A DNA stretch of 64,000 bases from Bugula neritina (lineage: Eukaryota; Animalia; Bryozoa): contig OZ037768.1 of NCBI GenBank assembly GCA_964035545.1, forward strand, positions 4,930,741 through 4,994,740, given 5' to 3'. Position 1 is the first letter of the stretch, and each line of letters starts with the position of its first letter. The notes below the pieces were generated by a model, which made no database searches, was not told where the DNA came from, and saw only the letters and a program-made list of their open reading frames with translations. Made by a program: the position numbers and the translations under genes. This document shows positions 24,735 to 38,427 of the stretch, in pieces.

Positions 24735-26281
24735 AGAATGAAACAAATTTTCGTGATGAGTATAAAAATTTGAATATTATCACTATATGTGTGAATATAG
24801 TGTAATCTTCTAGCTTTACTTAGGTCACAATAAATGTAAGTATAACCTTATCACAATTGCAACTGCAGTAATTGTAAATATATCCGGCCGTGTATTATAA
24901 GAAATATTAGTCGGCAAAGAAGCTACCAAATTTACTATTTAGTTGTTATTCTTTTATCGTTCAGTTTTTTTATTTTTTTTATTAATTTTGCAAAATGCTT
25001 AAACATATTTTTTTTAAACAAAAATTTTTTTGAAATAATCAACTACAAAATATCAGCAGACGGAATCGTTATACTACCCATTACTGTCCTGTAGAGTGGT
25101 ATATCCCACTGCTGTCCTGCAAACTTGGATAGTACTTTGCACTTGGCTCGTTGTTTTTAAAATTAAAAGTATTAATACAAATAATATATAGAATATATTC
25201 TATTAGAACTATGCGCAGTTTTATGCTGTAGTATTCTATGGTGCTCAAAATTTAAAATTTTGGTACAAGTTTGTAAATTCATGGTAAAACCAGATCTCAA
25301 ACTGAAAGTGAAACTTCAATTTGAACTGCAAAGTGAAAGTGGAAATAAAAATGTTAAGCCAAATAAAGGATTATCATTCTAAAATGAGCGTTAATAATAA
25401 GTAGTTATTAATATATAAAGATAAAAATGTAGACTTGTTGTTGAAGCAGTTTCTAAAACTGCCTAAATTCAAATTCAAATGAAACACTAACAGTCACCAT
25501 GACTACAGTCTCACTACAGTATGAGTATGTATGAGTACACACTTAACCTTATACAGTTATACTTGTAGTTATAATTATAGATGTTAATATTAGTAAACGT
25601 TATACTTATATTTATAACTTTCAAGTTATAGTTGGTGTTATAGTTATACTAAAGTACTACACTGGAGTAAAAGTATTATGGGGTGGTTTCCAGAGGTGTA
25701 ATGTGGTTCCTGAATTTAACAATAACAGCCGTAAGTAATTGCTAATAGTAATGCTACTTCCGCTATGGCTATTGATATTTATATTTTAATTGATTCTATT
25801 ATTATTTAGTGATTTTGTTTGTCTAACAGTAACTCTTTACATACTGTCATATAATGACTTATGACTATAACATTGTTGCAATTTCGCAATATCAAAATGA
25901 ATTTTGATGTACATGATTTATATTCCATGATTTAAGTGCAGAAATTGGGATAGCATAAGTTTTTTAATCTTCTTAATAAATTTTAGTTTAGGATGTAGTG
26001 CGAGAACATAACTTCTTATTGTTACATTTCTCTGCACTTGCAAACGTTAATTTGAGTGAAGAAAAATCCAATTATCCAAAGAATGAGTATGTATGTATTC
26101 TCTTAAAGCTATTCTGGTTGCTAACAGCTTTTTGGCACTTAAAAGAGTTCAGGCCACACTCTTAGTATGTCAAAGTATTTTTTTAATTAACTAAATGTTG
26201 TGCTGTTACATTTAAAATCATGCAAATATACAAGTTTACTCTATATTATAATAACACTACAAGTAGGTATGTTGTATTTAG

Positions 26282-28885
26282 GTAATAGTAAGCTTCGATG
26301 TCATTATGGGGAATGGAAGTCTCCGATAACTAGTGCTGTGGCAACTGCAAAAGCGTCTGAGTTTCAGGATCTTCTAGTAGACATTTGGGGTAACGGGAAT
26401 GGTTCGTCACTTCTATATTCAATAACACACTGACACTGAATTTTATAACTGATTTATTGCCTAATTACATGCCTAATTGTTTATAGTCATTGCATTTTGT
26501 TATAGTCATAACATATTTAGATATTTAGAATATTAAATAAATGTCAACCTGTTTTCCATGTTGTTATGGCATGCTTGTCATGTATTGCTTCAAGTAATTT
26601 CTCTTTACCATTCAAATTAGTGATTACAAATCTACCAATACTATTAAATTATGCTTTAGCAGTCCATGTCATGGATATACTGATGAATATCATCAGAGGT
26701 CATTTATAGAAATAATGTTTGATCATGCTGGCACTGGCTATAGAGGTGCAGTAAATTCATCATCTAGTATTGTCCTTTGAATATTGCATTGCCTTTTACT
26801 GTATTACTTTGCACCATTGGATGTTACAAACATTGAATTTTTTATACTATATTTCAACTCACAAAAGGCTTAGAACTTCTATAATATCTAATTACTGGTA
26901 GACAATTTTACATTTCAAATTTGTAATGATTAATTGCTACAATTAATCCAATTTTAAATTCACTATATTTTTTAGAATTTTTTTCTGCATCATGAAAATA
27001 TATTTTTTAAAAATTAAGCTACAGTGCTGTGAAAAAGTTTATGGATGCATGCAGAAATTTCAGAAATTTTTGTTAAATCGGGCTTAGGACCTATTCAGGT
27101 GTAACACAGGAGCAATTGTGACTAGATGCTCTTTCTAACATCACCAATGGCTTTTACCAGGGTTCGAACCTATGACTATGTGTTTACTAAGCCAAGCACT
27201 TTAACCTGTAGACCACAGCTGCTCTCTGACTTACTTTGTTCAATGGAAAGTTGTACTTAAAAACCTGCTGCCTCTGTGCTCTCTGTACCAGTGTTATCTC
27301 TCTGTTGAAGGAGCCAGTCATTATGGGGTGGCTTACTTGGAGTTACTTGCCAAAGACACTCATAAATTCGAGTCAAGATATCTGGATAGTTTAATAGGTA
27401 GATGAATGCTACACTATGTTGATTCTTTGTTGTGAAATGTAATCAAGTTGTGCCAAATAGGTAGAACCATATTTGTTGTTTACTGATGTAATTTTGATGT
27501 TTACAATGTTTTATCTTGGCTACTGAATAGCATTACTTTTGAAACATAGTAATATCAATATATCAGAACCAGTGCAAGTGTGATGGAGCTCATGCTAACA
27601 TCTGTTTCCTGTTTATTGTATGAAGGAGTTTATCCTCAGCAAAGAGATATATTATATATTCAGAGATCTCCTATTCACAATGTTGATGGATTCAATTCTC
27701 CAATCATATTCTTCCAGGGTACTGAGGATAAGATATAGTCTGATAATACGTTTCTCTATATTTGTTATTCATTATTTCTATTAGTTGTTAGGTGACTTCA
27801 TTATTATTATTCTCAATTTTTCAACTTTCGTTACATTTTATAACAGGTTGTGCCACCCAACCAGGCACAAATGATGTTTGACTCTGTGGAAAAGAAAGGA
27901 TTACCATGCTCTTTGGTCATGTTTGAAGGTAGTATTTTATTGTTTGAGCTTATGGTTTTCCTGTGTTTGATTGTATAGTTTTATCTTGCTTGAAATTGGT
28001 TCATAAAAAAATTTATGTGTAAATTCTTCATGTGTTTGTTGGTTGTAGAATGTTTTTTTTAAATAGTTGAAGCTTTAATTTATATGTTTATTGCAGGACT
28101 GCCTAATTTCTATGAAGTTAATTAACATCTGCAGAAATACTTTGTCATTCAAATATGATTTCCAAGTCTTATGTTGCGGTTTGGTGGAGAATCTAGTCTA
28201 CAAAAGTTATCAGTATACATTTAATAGAGCATTGTTGCTTTAAGGTTTTTTTTCTTGCATGTTTTAAACAAGTTCTGGTTTACAATCTTTCAATAGGCTT
28301 TTGGCGACTTGACTTTCGTTATCTGCAGTACTATTATTATTTCTTAATACTATAATTTATTCTGTAGCTACAAGGTTTCTTCAAATTGTATTACTATATA
28401 GATAGAGCTGACAGCCCTCATTTATTTTCACAATTCACTGACTACCTCAATTATCAAGATTAATGCCTATACTCTAATTATATGTTTATGCATTGGAAAG
28501 CATTACTCTGAGTAATAAACACCTTTTTTCTCAATATAAATGCTCCTCTACTTATTATGTTGTATTTTCCCCATACACGCATTTCCATCTTCTGATTCAT
28601 CCAGGTGAACAGCATGGCTTTAGGAAGAGTGAAAACATTCAGACTGCATTAGATGGAGAATTGTATTTCTACTCTAAAATACTGAAGTTTGAAGCTGATT
28701 TACCTGATGGCATCTCAGATAAGGTATTGTCTACACTCTACACTATTGATGCATATGCTGTTTCAGTATTGGCAGAACATAATATATTGTAACTGAATAT
28801 TTCACAATTGTACGATATTGCTTCAGTTCATACTTTGAGTTTCTGCCTATGATTTTTGTAGATCTCCGTAAGCAACTATACTTGA
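26282..28885 (+). pseudogene. Incomplete, chimeric paralog of the S9 peptidase: diverged 5' exon (to 26401) plus a near-identical copy of the last five exons; possible extra upstream exons at 25701-25730 and 25992-26086
   Basis: YGEWKSPITSAVATAKASEFQDL is followed directly by the GASHYGV...HKFESRYLD exon. All propeller exons and the GGSAGG catalytic-Ser exon are absent. The donor after FQGTEDK is mutated (GATAAG|AT at ~27733 versus GATAAG|GT at ~34828). Confidence 0.8.
27090..27226 (-). mobile_element. tRNA-derived SINE, copy 3
   Basis: Minus strand GAGAGCAGCTGTGGTCTACAGGTTAAAG...GGTTCGAACCC (canonical B box). Same family as the copies at 13.4 and 16.8 kb. Confidence 0.85.
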
Positions 28886-29964
28886 GCTGAAGAAGGTGAA
28901 CATATGTACACAATTCTATTATGTACAAATTATAACTACAATTTACACATCAGTATTTGGTATATTTGGGCATTCCCTATTTTAGTAAAGTCTTTTGGAA
29001 AATGGTTTTATTTTTATATGCCTTTTGCTTTTTATTATTTTGAAAATGTTTTTTCGAAGTGTATGCAGGACATTATAAAGCTTTTTTTATTTTATATTAT
29101 GTAATTTTATATACATTTTGTTATTTTCTTACAATAAACAAGAGATGTTGAACAGCGATAATCCTTTAATTGTGAATATACATTATTTCACCTCATCAGT
29201 CATCTTGATTCTGTCCATCAACATGTTTACAACAGGTTGTTGTATTACAGTTTTAAATGCTACTATAAAGGCATGTTCATATTTATGGTTGTTTTTATGA
29301 AAGGTACACATGGCTGTACTTACCTATAACCATGTTTTAGAAAACTGGCAACCTGTTGAATGTGATACTTTTTGAAGAAAATGTAGGAAAGTCGAAAATA
29401 GGAAAAGCCTGTTTAGCTTAGGGTTTTGAAAACATTCACCAACTTATAAGTTATACTCAAGGCAACACTACGACAACTCAGCCATTTTGCATGATGTTGT
29501 CGTATTCCTCCTTAATGTATTCACAATCTCTCAACGCTGCTCTTCCGCATTACCCTATCTTTCTCGATTCTGCACACATTTCTTCTTGTAGGCCTATCAT
29601 ACTATTATTTTTTTTATGTATAATCATCATTCACGGAACACCTACACTAGACTTCGTCACTCTGGCCATTTCGATCTAATTGATAGTTGTGCTCTCCCTG
29701 CATAGCATAGGAGCATAGTTGATATAATATTATAGTAATTTCTTCACAACTAAGCGCACACAAAGCCAACTTTGAAGTTTGTATAAACAATATATTGGTC
29801 TGCATGCACTTATACCTAGACTATGTGATTGAACAAAGTCTAGTTTTCATCATTTTGAAAATCGACTAAGGCTGTGTGATGCAGGAACTTCATTTTTTCA
29901 ATTCAGAAAATTGAATATTGTTGTACAACACACAACTTCGTAAAATTATCATATTAATATAACT

Positions 29965-32900
29965 ATGAGCGTATCTACAAAGTCTGTTAAACCTTTTGGA
30001 GAGTGGAAGACACCAATTAGTAGTGCAATAGCAACTGCAAAAGCGTCCAGATTTCAGGATTTGGTGTTAGATGTCACTGACAATGGAAATGGTGATTCTA
30101 AATCTAATTCACACTGACACTCTGACTCTAAGTTACACTGACACGTTTGTTACCTACTCGCACTAAATTATGATAATGATTGCTGTGAGAATTGGTGGCA
30201 TAAAATTAAATTACTTAAACTTGAAGTTGATGTTAAAGTAAGTTGAAGTTGATGTCAAAATTAATTACGATGTGGATGTTTATGATAATCATAATAATTA
30301 TGAATATAATTAATAATATGATTACTAGGTAAGTTAAAATTGCCATTATAATTATAGTCGAACAAATAAATAGTTTTACTTTTAGTTATATCTTTCAAGT
30401 TGCAGCTTGTTTGGTAGAGCTTGAATCATTGAGCTTTCACTTTTCTCATAATTACGCGACTAACCATAAGCATTAACTACCTATTTGGTGTATTTAGGTG
30501 CAGAAAGTATATATTTCTGCTTGGTTTGTTTGATAATATATTTTTGTTTGGACAGATGCTTTTTTTCAAATATCAGATATAACTGCAACCCTGTATCCAC
30601 CTCAGTTGGTATCAGTTATTTGATTAACTAACATGTGCTGATAGATAGATTTTGGTCTAGTACAAGTATTTCGTCTATCCTATGCTTTTAAATATAGGGT
30701 TAACTGAAAAACATATACCTTCAAATTAAAACAAGAAGTTTTGAAATAATAACTCTTGAATTTTAGATGTAGTGTATTGGTCAGAAATCAGGTTTGATGA
30801 GGGTGGACGAACTGTGGTTAGTTCTTGTGAGGTGGGCAAATCAGAACCAAAGGATTGGACACCTGCAGGGTTTAGTGCCCGGACTACCGTACATGAATAC
30901 GGAGGTTTACATCACTTATATTATCCTAACAATAATATCATATATATTGTACATTTTTGCTCATACACAGTTTAGTTTATGCACTTGTTTGATAACATTG
31001 TAGGTGGAAATATTTTTGTCCATAAAGGAACTCTCTATTTTTCAAATTTTTCGGATCAAAGATTGTATAAACAGCTGGCACCTGACTTTACACCCACACC
31101 AGTTACAGCTGCAGATACAAGCTATAGATATGCCAATGGACATATGTCAGCTAAGGTAATTTTGTTGCATTATGGTGTTTTAAAACAGTGGTTCTGCTTG
31201 TCGATTCCAATTTTTAAAAGCTTTGGAATGTAATAAAAACGCAATGCAAAGTTCAAATGATAATTTAAGCAGTTTTACAATTTGCTTCTAGACAAATCTG
31301 ATTTATATCATAAGAGAAGATCATAGCAAAGTAGAATCTGGACAAGCCAAAGAGCCAACCAATTCCGTTATCTGCTTAGATCCATCAACACAGCAAGAGA
31401 AAGTTCTGGTATAATTGCTTAATATTTGCCATTGATAATCTTACAACATTTGGTTTCCTTCATGTACAGTCTATGGTGTGGCAGCTACAGTTTTATATTT
31501 TATATCAAGCTGAAACTATTTTACTTTTACAGGCTTGTGGGGCAGATTTTTATTCAACTCCAAAAGTATCTTTGGATGGTGAGAAGATATGCTGGGTGCA
31601 GTGGTTCCATCCTAGCATGGTATTTATCTTCCTTTTATTTTGCTGAAATATTTTTTCAACTTGAAATATATATGTGTGTGTGCGTGCGTGTATATGTATA
31701 TATAATTTGCTAAATTTTGTTTTTAAATAAAGTGTTATATGTTTCTGGTTAAAGCCGTGGTACGATACAGAGTTGTGGACAGCTAAACTTACTAAAAGTG
31801 GAGATGCTATTATTGAGGGATCAGCTAAGAAGGTTAGTAAACCAGCAAATATTGTGTATTATAAACTAGATTTAGTATTTTGTTACAATCAATATATTCT
31901 TAACAAGTTAATATATTCTTTATTAGTGGAACAAAGTTGTTGATACTTCAGCTATTTTTCCTACTTGCAATGTGTTGTTAACTATGTCAATTAACATATC
32001 TTACACTGTTGATATTTGTCAACTCTCAATCCTGCTTCTCTTACCATCTACTAACTCGTTCTGAAGGTCATTCATTCCATTGTGTGATGTTGACTCTCTT
32101 CAGGTTGCTGGGGGTAAAGATGTTAGTGTGATGATTCCTCGCTGGACTCCATCTGGTGAGTTGAGGTTCATCAGTGATGAGAACAATTGGTGGAATGTTT
32201 ACGAGTCAGCTTCAGACGGCAGCATTACAAACATTTATAAAATGGATCAAGAAATTGGTCGACCAGCATGGTTGTTTGGTAATCAGCCATATGATACTAA
32301 TCCTTCCAGGTATGTCTTATTCTCTTTATTTAAAAAAGCAAATATATTGTGTGGCATTAAGTCTGTTTGTTATTTGTAATAAATTTTCTAACACAGCTCC
32401 AGTTTATTAGTTACTAACCACTTGCAGCCCTGGTGAGTATGTGGTATCATGTGACGGTCTTTTGACTCTGATGGAGAATGGAGTAAAGAAAAAGACTTTC
32501 AACACAGGTTTTACTTCTCATCTGCTACTGAACTTCTCAGAGTCTGGCAAGATTTACTGTTTTGCTCACAGTGCAATTCAAGCTTCCACTCTCATATCAG
32601 TCAGCACATTGGATGGAAAAGTATGTTTATGTGTTGAATATAGACTTTAAGTTATACTAGGTAAAACCCATAGTATTTCGGCACTTGTTGTACACAGCAT
32701 GTAGTAAAAACCTGACTGAATAGTGTTCAATTTTGTTCAATTTATGGTAGTTCAAGTTCATAGTTCAAGTAGTTGATTGAAGTTGTTTACTCCATTTGTT
32801 GTCATCCTCATATTCCGTTTAGTAAATGCTATGTTAGAAGAGTTTGAGCAGTTGTTCTCATGCCTTTCATATGAATTTTTCATGGGAAGGTATGTTTATG

Positions 32901-35508
32901 TATTGAATATAAACTTTAAGTTACACTATGTAAAACCCAGGGTATTTTGCAGAAATTAAACCAAAAATAATGTAAAAACTTGTTTATAAGATTATATATA
33001 TGCTTATAAATGTGATTCATTCCCAATATGTTCAAACAGTAATTAATATTGTTTTCCAAATAATTTGTTGGAATTTGCTAACTGCTAGCTGGTGTTTTTT
33101 TAAAAGAAGCCAATCTGTACTTCTGTGGCATGTCCAGTGTGCAGTATCAAAGTGTGTATGTATATATGATGTCTGGTAAACTACCCTGCAGGTTGAAATA
33201 CTGAGGAAAAGTCAACAGGTTGATATAGATGAAGGCTATTTGTCTAAATTCACAGAAATATGCTACAATACAACAGATGGTGGAAAATCTTACGCTAACT
33301 ACTACAAACCAACGGTATTTATCTGTTATTTCATATATTTGTATATTATAAATGTTTATGACTATAAAAAAGTAAATGATAGCAATTGTGGTGATGATGC
33401 TACTATTATTACACACCTTATTATATAGAATAAAGATTATGAAGGCCCAGATGGTGAGTTACCTCCCCTGTTGGTAAAAGCACACGGTGGGCCGACATCT
33501 TCAGCAACAACTAGCCTACAGTTACCAATACAATACTTCACCAGTAGAGGGTTTGCTGTACTTGATGTCAACTACAGGGGGAGCACAGGCTATGGTCGAG
33601 AATACAGGCTAAAACTAGCAGACAAGTATGTGAGATCTGTTAATTTTTTTATATTAATACTCATTTCTTCATCTTCGTATGACTAAATGAACTACTAGGT
33701 GGGGCATATATGACTATATATATTATCTAGGTGGGACATATATGACTATATACATTGTGTAGGTGGGGCATATATGACTATACACATTGTCTAGGTGGGG
33801 CATATATGACTATATACATTGTGTAGGTGGGGCATATATGACTATATACATTGTCCAGGTGGGGCATATATGACTATATACATTGTCTAGGTGGGGCATA
33901 TATGACTATATACATTGTGTAGGTGGGGCATATATGACTATATACATTGTCCAGGTGGGGCATATATGACTATATACATTGTCCAGGTGGGGCATATATG
34001 ACTATATACATTGTCTAGGTGGGGCATATATGACTATATACATTGTCTAGGTGGGGCATATATGACTATATACATTGTCCAGGTGGGGCATATATGACTA
34101 TATACATTGTGTAGGTGGGGCATATATGACTATATACATTGTCTAGGTGGGGCATATATGACGTGGATGACTGCTGTGCTGCTGCTCAACATTTAGCTGA
34201 TAACAAACTGGTTGATAGAAATAAACTGTGTATTGATGGTGGCTCAGCTGGTGGATACACAACTCTGGCTTGTCTGGCCTTTAAAGATGTGTTCAAAGCA
34301 GGTCAGTTTTAGCAAAAAGTTTTGAATGATTTCCTAAAAAATACCATTACATTTGGCTTGTAATGAAAGATGACATTTGTTAACATGACTTACTTTGTTC
34401 AATGGAAAGTTGTAATTAACGACTTGCTACCTCTGTAATCTGCTGTACCAGTGTTATCTCTCTGTTGAAGGAGCCAGTCATTATGGGGTGGCTGACTTGG
34501 AGCTACTTGCCAAAGACACTCATAAATTCGAGTCAAGATATCTGGATAATTTAATAGGTAGATGAATGCTACACTATGTTGATTCTTTGTTGTGAAATGT
34601 AATCAAGTTGTACGAAATGAGTAGAACCATAGTTGTTGTTTACTGACGTAATTTTAATCCCCCATCAACACCAGTTCTACAGTTTTCTCATGCTGAAATC
34701 TGTTTCCTGTTTATTGTATGAAGGAGTTTATCCTCAGCAAAGAAATATATATATTCAGAGATCTCCTATTCACAATGTTGATGGATTCAATTCTCCAATC
34801 ATATTCTTCCAGGGTACTGAGGATAAGGTATAGTCTGATGATACGTTTCTCTATATCTGTTATTCATTATTTCTATTACTAATATTATTATTATGTGTTA
34901 CATTTTATAACAGGTTGTTATTATTATTTTCAATTTTTCAACTTTCGTTACATTTTATAACAGGTTGTACCACCCAACCAGGCACAAATGATGTTTGACT
35001 CTGTGGAAAAGAAAGGAATTCCATGTTCTTTGGTCATGTTTGAAGGTAGTATTTTATATACAGAGAACATTAATAGCTTCACGTTAAATACCTAAAAAGT
35101 AAAGTAATATGCAATTGAAAATCTGAGGCTATTGGAATTCATGTGCTGAGCATGAGCATATTTAGTCACACTGCAGGTAGTGTTTTACTCATCCAATACA
35201 CACATCTCCATCTTCTAATTCATTTAGGTGAACAGCACGGCTTTAGGAAGAGTGAAAACATTCAGACAGCATTGGATGGAGAATTGTATTTCTACTCTAA
35301 AATACTAAAGTTTGAAGCTGATTTACCTGATGGCATCTCAGATAAGGTATTGTCTACACTCTACACTATTGATGCATATGCTGTTTCAGTATTGGCAGAA
35401 GATAGTATATTGTAACTGAATATTTCACAATTGTACGATATTGCTTCAGTTCATACTTTGAGTTCATGCCTATGATTGTTGTAGATCTCCATAAGCAACT
35501 ATGCTTGA
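29965..35508 (+). CDS. S9 (prolyl oligopeptidase clan) serine peptidase, dipeptidyl-aminopeptidase/acylaminoacyl-peptidase-like; multi-exon, apparently intact
   Basis: [50 protein letters not shown] and WGIYDVDDC are present. The catalytic triad motifs are GGSAGG (Ser), [14 protein letters not shown] (Asp) and [10 protein letters not shown] (His). Confidence 0.92.
33695..34162 (+). repeat. Minisatellite: 14 full 32 bp units plus an exonic half unit, spanning the 3' splice site of the catalytic-Ser exon
   Basis: Unit GTGGGGCATATATGACTATATACATTGT(GT/CT/CC)AG starts at 33699 and recurs every 32 nt to 34147, where the true exon (G TGG GGC ATA TAT GAC GTG...) continues. Confidence 0.97.
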
Positions 35509-36172
35509 GCTAAAGATATGCTGGGTAGTCCTACAGTTCATCTATGCACAAGTTATGACCAGTGTTTCATTACTATTATATATTAACACATTAATACTTG
35601 GTGTTTCGGGATAGTTCATACTTCAGAAATATTTTTAATTATTATGTTACTATTAAATTTTACTGAAGATTATAAAAACAGTGCCATACTTGTTAAGTTG
35701 TTAGACTCTAAAAACCTCTGGTAACTTTTATTTATTTATATTATTATTTGATATTATTTACATTAAATTCAAAAGTTCTATATTGAGTTTTATTATTTCA
35801 ATAAACCTTTTTCTTGGCTCATTTGCCAAGCGATGGGGAGATACAAAGGAATTTATGCATTTTTTGTTGTTTAATGATACAAGTCTGTGACAACTAGCTA
35901 CTTCTGATAGCAACTAATTAACAAAACTGATTTCAGTAAAAACTATAAATTATTTAACTAAACATTTAGCACAAAAATATTTTGCTGGGAGTGTTTTTGA
36001 AAGGAAGAAAAGAAAAAAGTCATTTTTCTTGACATTTGATATTTACAACAAAAGGGTGAAGAATCAATGTTAAAATTAATATAAGTGGAAAACAGATAAC
36101 GAAATTAAAATCGACCACAGAGTAACAAATACCCAATGATATTTCAATAATAAATACCCTAATGAGAAAACA

Positions 36173-38427
36173 TCAAGATTTTGGAGTAGACCTTTGTGAT
36201 TTATATAGACCATTCCTGATGAGGTATTCTTTGCTCTGATGTGGAACAGCTCCATGATGCAGTTGAAACTCGCAAAGGGCCGTTAAAGGCTTGGTTAAGC
36301 ACTAGAACCAATAAAAAGTTTGCATATATACTAGTAATTGGCTGGTCAAAAGCAATGAACGAAAACTTCTTAGTTATAGCTCAATGGGCAAAACCATTTG
36401 AATTTTGTTAGTTGTATTCTCGTGAAATAAAAAAAGAAGCTTCTTACTTTATCTTTCATTTCGTAAGTTATTTACGAGCCTGTACTAAGGCTAGAGAAAG
36501 TAACAATAGACCATTCAATCTCCAGCCTATATGGTAAAGAGCTCTAAAACAATGTTTAGACCTAACAGAGGAGACTGTTAAGTGAAAAGACAAATGGCAA
36601 TTGCATGTATACATTGTTACAAACCTCAAATAAATCATTTTTCTTTTCAAGTAGCTGTAAAGCCAAGGCCACACTTTCTACTGTTGATAAACATTCATCT
36701 GTAGGCTGAGTTCTAACAACATACTTGCTTAAGGGTGGCTTTGTCACCTTCACCTTAAGTAAAAAGAAAAGTTTGAAATAACCATTAATATTAATAATCC
36801 ATTGCCAACTTATCCAAAACCTTTAGTTGATCAAAACACAAAATAAAATTTAGACAACAGACCATACAGATTAGAGATATATGTGATTACAAAGGGGCAA
36901 ATATACTTGGCATTTTGCTCTAACACACACCTTTTTTATACTATGCAGAAACTTATTTTTGCTGTATATTGCTTTAGCTTGGAGCCATGTGCCATCTAAT
37001 ACTATCAGGTTGTAGGTTTGATCTGTGGGGAGACTTTCAATATCCACTGAATTGCTATCAGGGTAGAGCAGAACAGTGTAGGGACTTTCAAGTAGCGATA
37101 GAAGTTCAGGATATCTGCAGTATATAAACAGAAAATCCAACATAGATGAGCAGATAACAATGCTATTTAATATAATATCAGATGTTAGGCTCACAAATTA
37201 CATCTGAAATTAATTTCCTGTACCCAAAAACTAGTTGTAAACAAAGCCAAAAAAGAACGTAAAGTAACATGCACTTTCAAACATGGTAACTGTCACTTTT
37301 TAAAATACTATTCTATACTCTAGACTTTAATATACTACTCTTCAACAATGAGCTCGAGAAAACTATTTTAACTATTGAGGACAATATATAGATAAAATGT
37401 AGCTTACTTATCTAGATTGAATCTAGACCCTTTTAGTAGTGTAATAGCTTCTGGTTTCAAGCCAAAAGTCAACATAGCTGTTGTAGATAAGCATCTTTTA
37501 TCCTGGAGAAGAAATAAATTCATAAAGTATTATTAGGTAGCAAAGAAATAAAAAAATTGCAAATATGTATAAATGCTACTTGCTACAATATTAGATACCA
37601 AGACGTGGATTACATTACATGAATATAAAGAATGACTAAAATCCATAGTAATAGTCTGCACAAACTCCAGAGTTATGCCATTTATAATTTAGATTTTCCT
37701 AAACAAAACAGGCCTAAGAAATGTCACTTGGATACTGAATGTGTTACCTCATATGGGTGCTGTAGAATGCAGACCTTTGAGCGAACTTCTAATGGTGGGT
37801 GAGGAAGAAATGGACACCAGCAAACCGTGATTGGTCGCCTAGCAACATAATAACATGTATGATGGACAGCAGCTAGTTAGATGTGACCTGCAAACGAGTA
37901 GTCAGCCAGTATTGTACAGGTAGGGAACTACACTAATTTGGGACTAATTGAAAGTTAGTTTAAGGAGTTATCTTTCCATTACACTCTAGAGTCTAGATGG
38001 TGTAACCAGATAAACAGATATAAACAGTGCAGTCTGTGTCTATAGTCAGCTCTTAGTAAAAAGTAGAACTTGTCATCAGATATGTGGGAAGTCAGAATCT
38101 GGCAAAAAATTAAGTTTTTATAGGCAAAGTTAATTACTACACACCAAGCGTTGTCAAGAAAATTAATTTGCTAATACCATAATATGATCAGTCAAGCTTT
38201 GTCATTTACTTATTTGTATGTCTCTCAATATATTTACTATGCAAAAATCTCAAGTTTTGCTTGATTGAGTATTTAAATTCAATTTGACTGAAAAAGATTG
38301 AGACTGAAAATTTACGATGTAGACATTATTGACCCAACCTGCACTTTCCACATGTCTCCCGCCGCTTGACACACGCTTCCTCTTCATGATCAATACCAGG
38401 AAACAGCAAGTCAGTTTGATCATCCAT
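36173..38427 (-). CDS. DTWD2: tRNA-uridine aminocarboxypropyltransferase 2 (DTW domain); 6 coding exons
   Basis: [45 protein letters not shown] (DTW motif), [22 protein letters not shown] and [22 protein letters not shown]. Exon phases are consistent. Confidence 0.92.

Noticed and set aside
33695-34162. CRISPR array interpretation of the 32 bp repeat
   Set aside because: Units are head-to-tail with no unique spacers, there are no cas genes, and the repeat derives from an intron-exon junction of a eukaryotic gene.
29965-35508. Recent horizontal transfer or bacterial contamination of the bacterial-like S9 peptidase
   Set aside because: The gene has many spliceosomal introns and host-like composition, and the family is known from diverse eukaryotes. 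Only a phylogeny could support an ancient transfer.
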